A stretch of 64,000 bases of DNA from Acidimicrobiales bacterium (GTDB lineage Bacteria > Actinomycetota > Acidimicrobiia > Acidimicrobiales > Aldehydirespiratoraceae): assembly GCA_049437325.1 (NCBI GenBank), contig JBMTIM010000006.1, forward strand, positions 3,453 to 67,452. Direction: 5' to 3'. Position 1 is the first letter of the stretch. Every line of letters starts with the position of its first letter. Shown here piece after piece: positions 9,015 through 16,995 of the stretch. Position numbers and translations under genes: made by a program. The notes below the pieces were generated by a model, which worked only from the letters and a program-made list of their open reading frames with translations, did no database searches and was not told the origin of the DNA.

Positions 9015-11075
9015 GTGCACAACCTCGAATTCGTCCTGGCATCCGGATCTCCCCGCCGCAAGGAGCTTCTGGCCCGGCTCGACGTCCACCCAGTGGTGGA
9101 GCCCGCCGACATCGACGAGACCCCAGAGCCGGGAGAATCGGCCGTTGCCTACGTCGAGCGCCTCGCCCGCAACAAGGCGGCCTCGTCGGCAGCTCCAGGA
9201 CGCGTGGTGCTCGCAGCCGACACATCCGTCGTTCGCGATGGCGTCATCCTTGGCAAGCCGTCCGACGCTGTCGAGGCATCGTCGATGCTCCAGTCCCTTG
9301 CCAACCGTCGGCACGACGTCGTGACCGGTGTCGCCGTGGGCGTCACCAACGCCGAGGGAACCTCGGTCGTCCACTCCGCAGTCGAGGTGAGCACGGTCGA
9401 AATCGGCAACCTGCACGACGACCGGCTCGCGTGGTACGTGGCGACCGAGGAACCTGCCGACAAGGCGGGCGCCTACGGGCTCCAGGGAGCTGCAGGGCTC
9501 TTTGCCGACCGCGTCGATGGCAGTGTCACCAACATCATCGGTCTCCCGCTCCCCCTCGTCGACGACCTGTTCTCCCGCCACGATCTCGACCTCTTGGATT
9601 TCCGGAGTCGCCCAACGCCCGATCCGGTGCGAGCGATTGCCGAACTGGCACTCGACCATGTGACGAACCCACCGGGGGAAGCCGACCCGGTCATCGACTG
9701 GGGGTCACCGGAGGACCTGCTCGCTGACCTGGCCGCCACGATCGGCACCGAGTTCGCCACGCATGAGCCCGCAGCAGCGGCCGGTGACCTTGTCGCGGCG
9801 GCAGAGCGCGTCCTCGCTCGATCGGTCCACACAAACCACCCTCGCTTCATCAATCAGAACTACGCGGGAGCCGATCCCCTCGCTGTTGTGGGCGATTGGT
9901 TGGGAGCAGCCCTCAACACGGCGCACACGACCTACGAGATCGCACCCGTCTTCATGCTCATGGAGCGGGCGCTCCTCGACAAAATGGCTCGTCTCGTCGG
10001 ATGGAACCCGGATCCGGAGCAGCCGGCTGGACTCATGTGCGCAGGCGGCTCCATCGCCGGCATGCACGGACTCCAGTTGGCGCGGGCCGCCCGTGACCCA
10101 TCCTCGCTCGATCGGGGCCATGACGGGACACCGTTGCGACTGCTGGTCAGCGCCTCTGCCCACTACTCCACTGCGAAGATGGCAGCGGTCATGGGATTCG
10201 GCCGTGATGCGGTGCAGGCGATCGCAACCACGCCCGACGGCGCAATGGACATGGATGCCCTCGATGCTGCGCTGGCCGAAGGGCCGGAGGTGCTGGCGAT
10301 CGTTGCGACTGCCGGCACGACGGTGACGGGCGCCTTCGATCCGCTCGACGAGATTGCCACCCGCTGTGCCGAGCACGGCATCTGGATGCACGTCGACGGT
10401 GCGTTCGGATGCGCTGCGCTCTTCTCGCAGCGACAGCGGTGGCGTTGTGAGGGCATCGACAAGGCCGACTCCATCACCTGGAACCTTCACAAGATCGGTG
10501 GTGTCACCCAGCAGTGCTCTGTGCTCCTGGTGGCTGATCCGAGTCGACTCCATCCGACGTTCGCATCGGGTGCCGATTACCTGTTCCAGTCCGACAAGCT
10601 TTTCGGCAGGTACGACTCCGGCGACCAGAACATCCATTGCGGTCGACGCAACGACGTCTTGAAGGCGTGGTTGATGTGGAAGGGCCGCGGCGACGCCGGG
10701 ATGGCGCGCCGCATCGACCATGCGGTGGCGCTCGCCGACCACGTTCGGGCTCGACTCGAGGAGCGGGCCGACCTCGACGCCGTCGTGGCAGGTGACTTCG
10801 TCACGTCGACGTGTTTGTGGGTACCACCCGAGATGCGGCCCCTCGATCTGTCGTCGCTCACGACCGAGCAGCATGCGACGTTGCATGCGATCGCTCCCGC
10901 AGCCAAAGCGCTCATGCAGGCCCAGGGCGAAGCATTGATCGGCTACCAGCCGGTCCACGACATCAACTGCTTTCGACTGATCTTCATGAATCCCGACGTG
11001 TCCTTCGACGACGCCGACCGCCTCCTCGATCTGATCGCAGAGCACAGCGAGGCGGCTTGGCGCCTCGCCCGATGA
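9015..11075 (+). CDS. fusion protein: Maf-like nucleoside triphosphate pyrophosphatase (N-terminal) and group II PLP-dependent decarboxylase, GAD/CSAD-like (C-terminal)
   Basis: Residues ~1-195 are Maf-like: LASGSPRRKELL, AGAYGLQG, TNIIGLPL. Residues ~270-686 are decarboxylase-like: HPRFINQNYAG, TYEIAPVFMLME, DSITWNLHK (PLP lysine codon at 10491..10493), IHCGRRNDVLKAWLMW. There is no in-frame stop between the two parts. Confidence 0.85.
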   Translation: MHNLEFVLASGSPRRKELLARLDVHPVVEPADIDETPEPGESAVAYVERLARNKAASSAAPGRVVLAADTSVVRDGVILGKPSDAVEASSMLQSLANRRHDVVTGVAVGVTNAEGTSVVHSAVEVSTVEIGNLHDDRLAWYVATEEPADKAGAYGLQGAAGLFADRVDGSVTNIIGLPLPLVDDLFSRHDLDLLDFRSRPTPDPVRAIAELALDHVTNPPGEADPVIDWGSPEDLLADLAATIGTEFATHEPAAAAGDLVAAAERVLARSVHTNHPRFINQNYAGADPLAVVGDWLGAALNTAHTTYEIAPVFMLMERALLDKMARLVGWNPDPEQPAGLMCAGGSIAGMHGLQLARAARDPSSLDRGHDGTPLRLLVSASAHYSTAKMAAVMGFGRDAVQAIATTPDGAMDMDALDAALAEGPEVLAIVATAGTTVTGAFDPLDEIATRCAEHGIWMHVDGAFGCAALFSQRQRWRCEGIDKADSITWNLHKIGGVTQQCSVLLVADPSRLHPTFASGADYLFQSDKLFGRYDSGDQNIHCGRRNDVLKAWLMWKGRGDAGMARRIDHAVALADHVRARLEERADLDAVVAGDFVTSTCLWVPPEMRPLDLSSLTTEQHATLHAIAPAAKALMQAQGEALIGYQPVHDINCFRLIFMNPDVSFDDADRLLDLIAEHSEAAWRLAR

Positions 11076-11135
11076 AAACCAGAGGCGGCTTGGCGCCTCG
11101 CCCGATGAACACCCGAGGCGGCGTGGCGCCTCGCT
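11049..11135 (+). repeat. 33-bp tandem repeat (about 2.6 copies); each unit contains the hairpin GAGGCG-N6-CGCCTC
   Basis: The units are gaggcggcttggcgcctcgcccgatgaaaacca, gaggcggcttggcgcctcgcccgatgaacaccc and gaggcggcgtggcgcctcgc. Copy 1 encodes the last 8 codons plus the TGA of the upstream gene. Confidence 0.9.
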
Positions 11136-11163
11136 GGAGGCCGATATCTCTACCCTGTTCGGT

Positions 11164-12363
11164 GTGAGCGTTGCAGCCGATCGCCCGATGACGGCATCCG
11201 AGCCGGAGCCACCCGCCCGTCCAGGCGAGTTCGAGTCAGTCCGGATCGGATCGCTCGACGTGTGGCCACCGGTCGTCCTTGCGCCCATGGCCGGTGTCAC
11301 GAACGCCCCATTTCGCACGCTGTGCCGACGCTACGGCGCAGGGCTGTACGTCAATCAGATGATCACGGCCCGTGCGTTGGTCGAGCGACATCGCAAGAGT
11401 CTCGAACTGGCAGCGTTCGCCCCCGACGAGTCGCCCCGCTCGATCCAGCTCTACGGCACCGATCCGTATTCGATCGGTGAGGCGGCTCGGCTTCTCGTCG
11501 ACGGCCTGATCGACGGTGTACCGGTCGACCACATCGACATGAACTTCGGTTGCCCGATGAAAAAGGTCACTCGACACGGCGGCGGTGCGGCACTCCCCTG
11601 GAAACGGGAGCACTACCGCAAGATCGTGCGGGCTGCCGTGACGAACGCCGGACAGGTGCCGGTCACGGTGAAATTTCGAATTGGCATCGACAGCGAGTCG
11701 ATCACGTTCCTCGATGCAGGCAAGATCGCGGAGGACGAGGGCGCACAGGCTGTGGCGCTGCACGCTCGCACCGCCAACCAGCTCTATTCGGGTCACGCCG
11801 ACTGGAGCCGAATCTCCGAACTCAAAGAGGCGGTGACCTCGATCCCGGTGTTCGGCAACGGCGACATCTGGGAAGCCGACGACGCGCTCCGCATGATGCG
11901 CACCACCGGGTGCGACGGCGTGACCGTCGGCCGGGGGTGCCTCGGGCGGCCCTGGTTGTTCGGGGATCTCGCAGCGGTGTTCGAGGGCCGGCCCGTCCCA
12001 CCGCGACCCGATCTCGGCACCGTGCTCGACGGGATGGTCGAACACGCAGCACTGTTGTGCAACTGGATGGGCGAGGAACACGGCATTCGGGACTTCCGCA
12101 AGCACACCGGTTGGTACCTCAAAGGCTTTCCGGCCGGCGGCGAACTGCGCGCTCGTCTCAACCGCGTCGGCTCCCTCGACGAGATGCGCGACCTCGTTGG
12201 CGCGCTCGACCGCACCATCCCATTTCCCGACGGCGGCATGCGCATGGTGCGGGGCCATTCGGGCTCACCAAAAGCGGTTCATCTGCCCGACGGTTGGCTC
12301 GATGCCCGCGACGACGAGGTTGCGATGCCCAGGGGGGCCGAGCAACTGGTCAGTGGCGGCTGA
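11164..12363 (+). CDS. dus: tRNA-dihydrouridine synthase
   Basis: VLAPMAGVTNAPFRTLCRRYGAGLYVNQMI, DMNFGCP and ALHARTANQLYSGHADW are typical Dus motifs. Confidence 0.9.
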   Translation: MSVAADRPMTASEPEPPARPGEFESVRIGSLDVWPPVVLAPMAGVTNAPFRTLCRRYGAGLYVNQMITARALVERHRKSLELAAFAPDESPRSIQLYGTDPYSIGEAARLLVDGLIDGVPVDHIDMNFGCPMKKVTRHGGGAALPWKREHYRKIVRAAVTNAGQVPVTVKFRIGIDSESITFLDAGKIAEDEGAQAVALHARTANQLYSGHADWSRISELKEAVTSIPVFGNGDIWEADDALRMMRTTGCDGVTVGRGCLGRPWLFGDLAAVFEGRPVPPRPDLGTVLDGMVEHAALLCNWMGEEHGIRDFRKHTGWYLKGFPAGGELRARLNRVGSLDEMRDLVGALDRTIPFPDGGMRMVRGHSGSPKAVHLPDGWLDARDDEVAMPRGAEQLVSGG

Positions 12364-12381
12364 CCGACCGACGTTGGCCCT

Positions 12382-12948
12382 CTAGAAGTCGATGCCTTTC
12401 TTTGCCGCGATCCCGGCGTCGTAGGCGTGTTTGCGATTCTCGATCACGCTCACCGTGTCGGCGAGCTCGATCATCCAATCGGGCGCGTCGCGGCCGGTCA
12501 GAACGAGGGAGACGCGCGCCGGGCGGTTGCGAAACGTCTGCTCGACCTCAGCGGCGTCGAGCCAGCCCCAATTCAGTGGATAGGTGATCTCGTCGAAGAT
12601 CACCAGTCGGTGCTCGCCTGCGTCGACGAGAGACTTTCCGTGACGCCACGCTTCTTTCGCCTCGGCTTCGTCCTTGGTGAGGTCGTCGGAGTCCCAGGTG
12701 AATCCGTCACCCAGCGACCAGAAGTCGATACCGAGTTGCGGAGCCATGATCTGCTCACCGGTCACCCAGTCGTCGCTCTTGAGAAATTGCACGACCGCCA
12801 CGGGCCAGTTGCGTGCCCGCGCCCGCAGTGCCACCCCGAACGCAGCCGACGACTTTCCTTTCCCGTCACCGGTGTTGACGAGCACGAGACTGCTTGCAGT
12901 TCGAAGGCCGTCCGGCCGGGGGTCGTCTTGCAGCGGCACATCGGTCAT
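12382..12948 (-). CDS. cobO: cob(I)yrinic acid a,c-diamide adenosyltransferase
   Basis: P-loop NTGDGKGKSSAAFGVALRA, VVQFLKS and DEITYPLNWGWL match CobA/CobO/BtuR. It is the last gene of the riboswitch-led operon. Confidence 0.9.
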   Translation of the reverse strand: MTDVPLQDDPRPDGLRTASSLVLVNTGDGKGKSSAAFGVALRARARNWPVAVVQFLKSDDWVTGEQIMAPQLGIDFWSLGDGFTWDSDDLTKDEAEAKEAWRHGKSLVDAGEHRLVIFDEITYPLNWGWLDAAEVEQTFRNRPARVSLVLTGRDAPDWMIELADTVSVIENRKHAYDAGIAAKKGIDF

Positions 12949-13724
12949 CGTGGACTCCGATCGGGTGTGGCAGGGACGATCACCGGACCGTCGGGCTCGT
13001 CGATGATGCGAACGGTCGCTCCGAAGTGTTCGGCGATCACCTCGGCGGTCAGCACCTCAGCGGGTGCCCCCGACACGACGATACGCCCATCGGCGAGCAG
13101 TGCGATCCTGTCGCCGTAACGCGCCGCCAGTGTGAGGTCGTGCAGCGTTGCGATCACGGTCAGTCCTCGCTCACGACGAAGACCGTCGACCAGATCGAGA
13201 ACGTCTTGTTGATGGCCCAGGTCGAGAGCGGTCGTCGGCTCGTCGAGCAGCAGGATGTCGGCTTGCTGTGCGAGTGCTCGCGCCAGCACAACCCGCTGAC
13301 GTTCTCCACCAGACAACGATCGGACCTCCCGTTCGACAAAGCCCGCAAGATCCAGACGGTTCAGGACATCGATCGCAACCGCAACGTCGGTGTCGGTGTC
13401 ACGGCCGAAGACCCCACGGTGAGGCGTTCGGCCCAGCATCACGTAGTCGACGACGTACATTCCCGGTGGGATGACAGGAGACTGCGGCACGTAGGCGAGG
13501 ACGCGTGCGCGGTCTTGGGGTTTGTCGATGACAACGCCGCCGATCTCGATCCGACCCTCGTGGCCGATCGTGCCGAGCAGGGAACGAAGCAGCGTGGTCT
13601 TTCCCGACCCGTTGGGTCCGATGATGTTGATCCACTCGCCTTCTGCGATGTCGAGGTCGACCCCGTGCAGGATCGGGACGCCGCCGAGTGCGACGGACAG
13701 GGCGCCGGTGGTGATCGAGGGCAC
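12945..13724 (-). CDS. ABC transporter ATP-binding protein (iron-siderophore/cobalamin type, BtuD/FepC-like)
   Basis: Walker A GPNGSGKTT, signature LSGGERQR, Walker B ILLLDEPT. The GTG start at 13724 overlaps the permease stop. The track's 150-codon N-terminal extension is Arg/Gly junk overlapping the permease. Confidence 0.9.
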   Translation of the reverse strand: MPSITTGALSVALGGVPILHGVDLDIAEGEWINIIGPNGSGKTTLLRSLLGTIGHEGRIEIGGVVIDKPQDRARVLAYVPQSPVIPPGMYVVDYVMLGRTPHRGVFGRDTDTDVAVAIDVLNRLDLAGFVEREVRSLSGGERQRVVLARALAQQADILLLDEPTTALDLGHQQDVLDLVDGLRRERGLTVIATLHDLTLAARYGDRIALLADGRIVVSGAPAEVLTAEVIAEHFGATVRIIDEPDGPVIVPATPDRSPR

Positions 13725-14761
13725 TACCAGACCTCCCGGCGGCTCGTGCGCAGGACAACCACGAAGAACGGCGCGCCGAGGAAGGCGGTCACGACCCCGA
13801 TGGGCAGTTCTGCCGGCTCGACGAGCGTTCGGGCGGCGAGGTCTGCCAGCACCATGAAGGCCCCACCGAACAGGATCGAGAGCGGGATGAGGACCCGATA
13901 GCTCGTTCCGAACACGAGGCGCACGACGTGGGGAACGATGATCCCGACAAAGCCGATGAGGCCGCTGACCGACACGGCCGCAGCCGCACCCAGCGACGCT
14001 GCGACAACGACGTGGATCCGGACTCGACGTGGGTCGATCCCCAGCGCCTGCGCCTCTTCGTCCCCGACCGCCAAAATGTCGAGCGCCCGGCGGTAGCGCA
14101 GCATGACAGCGACCGCCACCACGAAGTACGGCAGCAACAGCATCGGCTCGGACCAGCCCGATGTCGCAACGCGACCGAGAATCCACGAATACACCTCACG
14201 GAAGGCATCGGAGTTGGCCTGCAGAACATATGTCTGGCAGGCGGTGAGAAAGCTCGCAACCGCAACCCCGGCAAGAACGAGTGACGCCGTGGAACGTCCG
14301 CCGATGTAACCCGCCCCATAGGACAACACGACGGCGAAGAGTGCACCGGCGAAGGCCGAAAGGGGAACCAGGTCGACCAAGCCCGAACCGTCACCGAGAT
14401 TCTGTGTGATGGCAATCGTTGCGCCGAGGCCGGCCCCAGCCGCGACACCGAGGAGATACGGGTCGACCAGCGGATTGCGAAAGGCACCCTGATATGCAGC
14501 GCCGCTGACCGACAGCGTCGCACCCACGAGGAGCCCGAGCACGACTCGAGGGAGCCGGACTTCTTGCACGATGGCTTCGTGGATACTGCTCAACCCGGAG
14601 TCGGCGCTGAGTCCGGGAATGGCATCGACCAGGGCGTAGAGCACGGCCCGGGGTGCGATGCCGACCGGACCGACGCCGAGACCGGCGACGACTGCGACGA
14701 CAAGCGCGGCGAACCCGGCCCCCAGCGCAGGGGCTCGAAGTCGGGTCGGCTCGATCGTCAT
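13724..14761 (-). CDS. FecCD-family ABC permease (BtuC-like)
   Basis: A polytopic membrane protein of about 345 aa, with the family-typical C-terminus PIGVVTAFLGAPFFVVVL. Confidence 0.9.
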   Translation of the reverse strand: MTIEPTRLRAPALGAGFAALVVAVVAGLGVGPVGIAPRAVLYALVDAIPGLSADSGLSSIHEAIVQEVRLPRVVLGLLVGATLSVSGAAYQGAFRNPLVDPYLLGVAAGAGLGATIAITQNLGDGSGLVDLVPLSAFAGALFAVVLSYGAGYIGGRSTASLVLAGVAVASFLTACQTYVLQANSDAFREVYSWILGRVATSGWSEPMLLLPYFVVAVAVMLRYRRALDILAVGDEEAQALGIDPRRVRIHVVVAASLGAAAAVSVSGLIGFVGIIVPHVVRLVFGTSYRVLIPLSILFGGAFMVLADLAARTLVEPAELPIGVVTAFLGAPFFVVVLRTSRREVW

Positions 14762-14765
14762 CAGC

Positions 14766-15644
14766 TCAGTCGGTGTGAGCCGACTCGACCGCAGCGGCTA
14801 TGGCCTCGACGAAGTCGACGAGACGCGGACCCCATCGGGAAACGACGTCGTCGTCGAGTTCGACCACGTTGCCGTTCTGTACCGCCGTGAGCTGGTCCCA
14901 GCCTGGCCGCGCTGCGACCGTTGCTGCGCTCTGCGCACAACATCGCGTGTCGGCAAGGAAGATCACGTCGGGGTCGGCGTCGAGGAGATACTCGTCACTG
15001 AGTTGGGGATAGCCGAAGGCGGCGCCGTCTGCGTCAGCCGCATCAGCGACATTGGTCAGCCCGAAGAGTGCATACACCGCGCCGATGAAGGTGGAGCTGG
15101 TGACGCTGTAGAGGGTGTTGTCGAGTTCGTGGTAGTAGGTCAGTGCCGACGACTGGGGGGCGTCGTCGACCAGGCCGTCGATGGCCGTCCGCATGGCGTC
15201 GACCACCACCGCCGCCTCGGGGGCGAATCCTGTCGCGTCGCCGACCAGTTGGATCTGGCTGTAGACCTCTTCGATCGCCGACGGCGCGGCGATGACCAGC
15301 ACCGACACGCCGGCGGCTTCCAGACCGCTGCGGAGGTCGTCGTTCCAGTCCATGACGACCAAGTCGGGCTCGAAGGAAAGGATTGCCTCGATGTTGGGGT
15401 CCCAACCCGAGAGATCGGTGAGTGGTGTTCCTTCCGGGTAGTAGGAGAACTCGTCGACGGCGACAACGAGATCGCCGGCTCCCACCGCGTAGAGCATCTC
15501 GGTGCCGGTCGGCGTGATGGACACGATTCGTTCAGCCGGCGCCGAATCGACCGCCATCTCGTCGGCCGGTTCGGCGTCGCCGCAGGCGGCGCCGAGAAGC
15601 GCCATGACAAGCAGCAGAGCCAGGGATGTGACCAATCTTTTCAC
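14766..15644 (-). CDS. ABC transporter periplasmic-type substrate-binding lipoprotein (BtuF/helical-backbone class)
   Basis: GTG at 15644 is preceded by AGGAGGA. The lipoprotein signal is VKRLVTSLALLLVMALLGAACG. It is the first gene after the cobalamin riboswitch. Confidence 0.85.
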   Translation of the reverse strand: MKRLVTSLALLLVMALLGAACGDAEPADEMAVDSAPAERIVSITPTGTEMLYAVGAGDLVVAVDEFSYYPEGTPLTDLSGWDPNIEAILSFEPDLVVMDWNDDLRSGLEAAGVSVLVIAAPSAIEEVYSQIQLVGDATGFAPEAAVVVDAMRTAIDGLVDDAPQSSALTYYHELDNTLYSVTSSTFIGAVYALFGLTNVADAADADGAAFGYPQLSDEYLLDADPDVIFLADTRCCAQSAATVAARPGWDQLTAVQNGNVVELDDDVVSRWGPRLVDFVEAIAAAVESAHTD

Positions 15645-15689
15645 GAGGGTTCCTCCTGTGGCTCGAGTCCGGCTGGCACGAGCGCTCGG

Positions 15690-15846
15690 AAACCCCGATC
15701 GCACGAGCCGTCCCTTTTCCTCGAGGGTCGGTTCGTCGTCCACTCCAGGCGACCGGACTCGTCCTACCCACCGAAGTGGACGGGCATCACCGTTGCGGGA
15801 CAGTTCCGGGATCTCACCGGATTCGCTGCATGTGAACGGGCGAAGC
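15690..15846 (-). promoter_or_regulatory. cobalamin (B12) riboswitch
   Basis: The minus-strand RNA reads AAUCCGGUGAGAUCCCGGAACUGUCCCGCAACGGUGA (15787..15823), then CCACUUCGGUGGG, then the B12-box-like GAGUCCGGUCGCCUGG (15745..15760). It lies upstream of a B12-type importer operon. Boundaries are approximate. Confidence 0.78.
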
Positions 15847-16902
15847 CTAGCGACCAAGAGCGTCGAGACGCTCGATCGCCTCGGCGACGATACGCCCGAT
15901 CAGTTCGTCGCAGCTCGGGAGGTCGTCGACGACGCCGACGCATTGACCGGTCGGGAGGATGCCGACATCGATCTGCCCGTCGACCATCGTCGCCCGAGTC
16001 AACATCGGCGCGTTGGCCGCCATCGCCAGCTGTGACCACGTCAGGCCCTGGCGCTTGCGCATCGCGAACCCCTCCTTGACCAGGTCACCCAACGCCGTGT
16101 CGGTCAGCTTGCGGAACCGGAGCGCATTGAGTGCAGCTCGCGGAAACCGCAGCAGCCCAGCCCGCTCGAGCGACTCGACCATCTCGGTGCGGACGACTCG
16201 CTGGGGGGCACCATCGATCGCCGTCGAAACGACGGTCCCGGTGACGGGAGTGGCGAGGTAGGCCTGCTTGACCGTGTCGGGAACCTCCGAATCTGCGGTC
16301 AGCAGGAACCGAGTACCCATCGCAATGCCATCAGCACCCCATGCCAGCGCTGCAGCAAGCCCACGACCGTCGTGAAAACCGCCGGCTGCGATGACGGGAA
16401 TCTCGACTGCATCGAGAATCTGCGGCAACAGCAACGAGGTGGGAACCGTGCCGGTGTGGCCACCGCCTTCCCCGCCCTGACAGAGCACTGCGTCGACACC
16501 CCACGCCGCCACTTTCTCGGCGTGCCGCCGGGCGCCGACGGTCGGGACCACCACCAGCCCGTGCTCCTTGAGTTTCGCGACCATGTCGGGGCGCGGCGCC
16601 TGCGCAAACGACGCAACTCGGACTTCGGCCCGGATGAGATGGTCGACCCGCTGATCGATGTCGACGGCATCGGTGCGCAGGTTGACCCCGAAGGGACATT
16701 CGGTGCGACGCTGCACGTCCTCGATCGCCGTAACCATCTCGTCGAAGGTCATCGTGGCAGCAGCGAGAATGCCGAGACCGCCAGCGTTGGCCGTGCCCAC
16801 CACGAGGGACGGACCCGCGACCCAGCCCATTCCGGTCTGCACGATCGGGAATCGAACGCCGAACAATTCGGTTGCACGGGTTTGGAGTCGTGGATCGACC
16901 AT
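15847..16902 (-). CDS. nitronate monooxygenase / NAD(P)H-dependent flavin oxidoreductase (NMO family)
   Basis: FPIVQTGMGWVAGPSLVVGTANAGGLGILAA and QGGEGGGHTG are NMO/2-nitropropane dioxygenase motifs. Confidence 0.88.
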   Translation of the reverse strand: MVDPRLQTRATELFGVRFPIVQTGMGWVAGPSLVVGTANAGGLGILAAATMTFDEMVTAIEDVQRRTECPFGVNLRTDAVDIDQRVDHLIRAEVRVASFAQAPRPDMVAKLKEHGLVVVPTVGARRHAEKVAAWGVDAVLCQGGEGGGHTGTVPTSLLLPQILDAVEIPVIAAGGFHDGRGLAAALAWGADGIAMGTRFLLTADSEVPDTVKQAYLATPVTGTVVSTAIDGAPQRVVRTEMVESLERAGLLRFPRAALNALRFRKLTDTALGDLVKEGFAMRKRQGLTWSQLAMAANAPMLTRATMVDGQIDVGILPTGQCVGVVDDLPSCDELIGRIVAEAIERLDALGR

Positions 16903-16995
16903 TCTCGAAGCCTAAGACCTAGGGTGGCGCAGACCCGAGTCGGTCCTGCAAACGCAACCGCGACGGCGAGCACACGAGAGGGGGTTGGAGAACCG

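Noticed and set aside
11049-11135. The 33-bp tandem repeats as a CRISPR array, or their in-frame TGAs as further selenocysteine codons.
   Set aside because: The repeats are directly adjacent with no spacers, so this is not a CRISPR array. The hairpin in each unit lies upstream of its TGA, not downstream. No protein homology continues past the first stop.
12945-14186. The long N-terminal extensions in the track for the ABC ATPase (to 14186) and the binding protein (14766..15857).
   Set aside because: The extensions overlap the permease gene and the cobalamin riboswitch respectively, and they are Arg/Gly-rich. Internal GTG starts give canonical N-termini. The binding protein start also has an AGGAGGA RBS and a lipoprotein signal.
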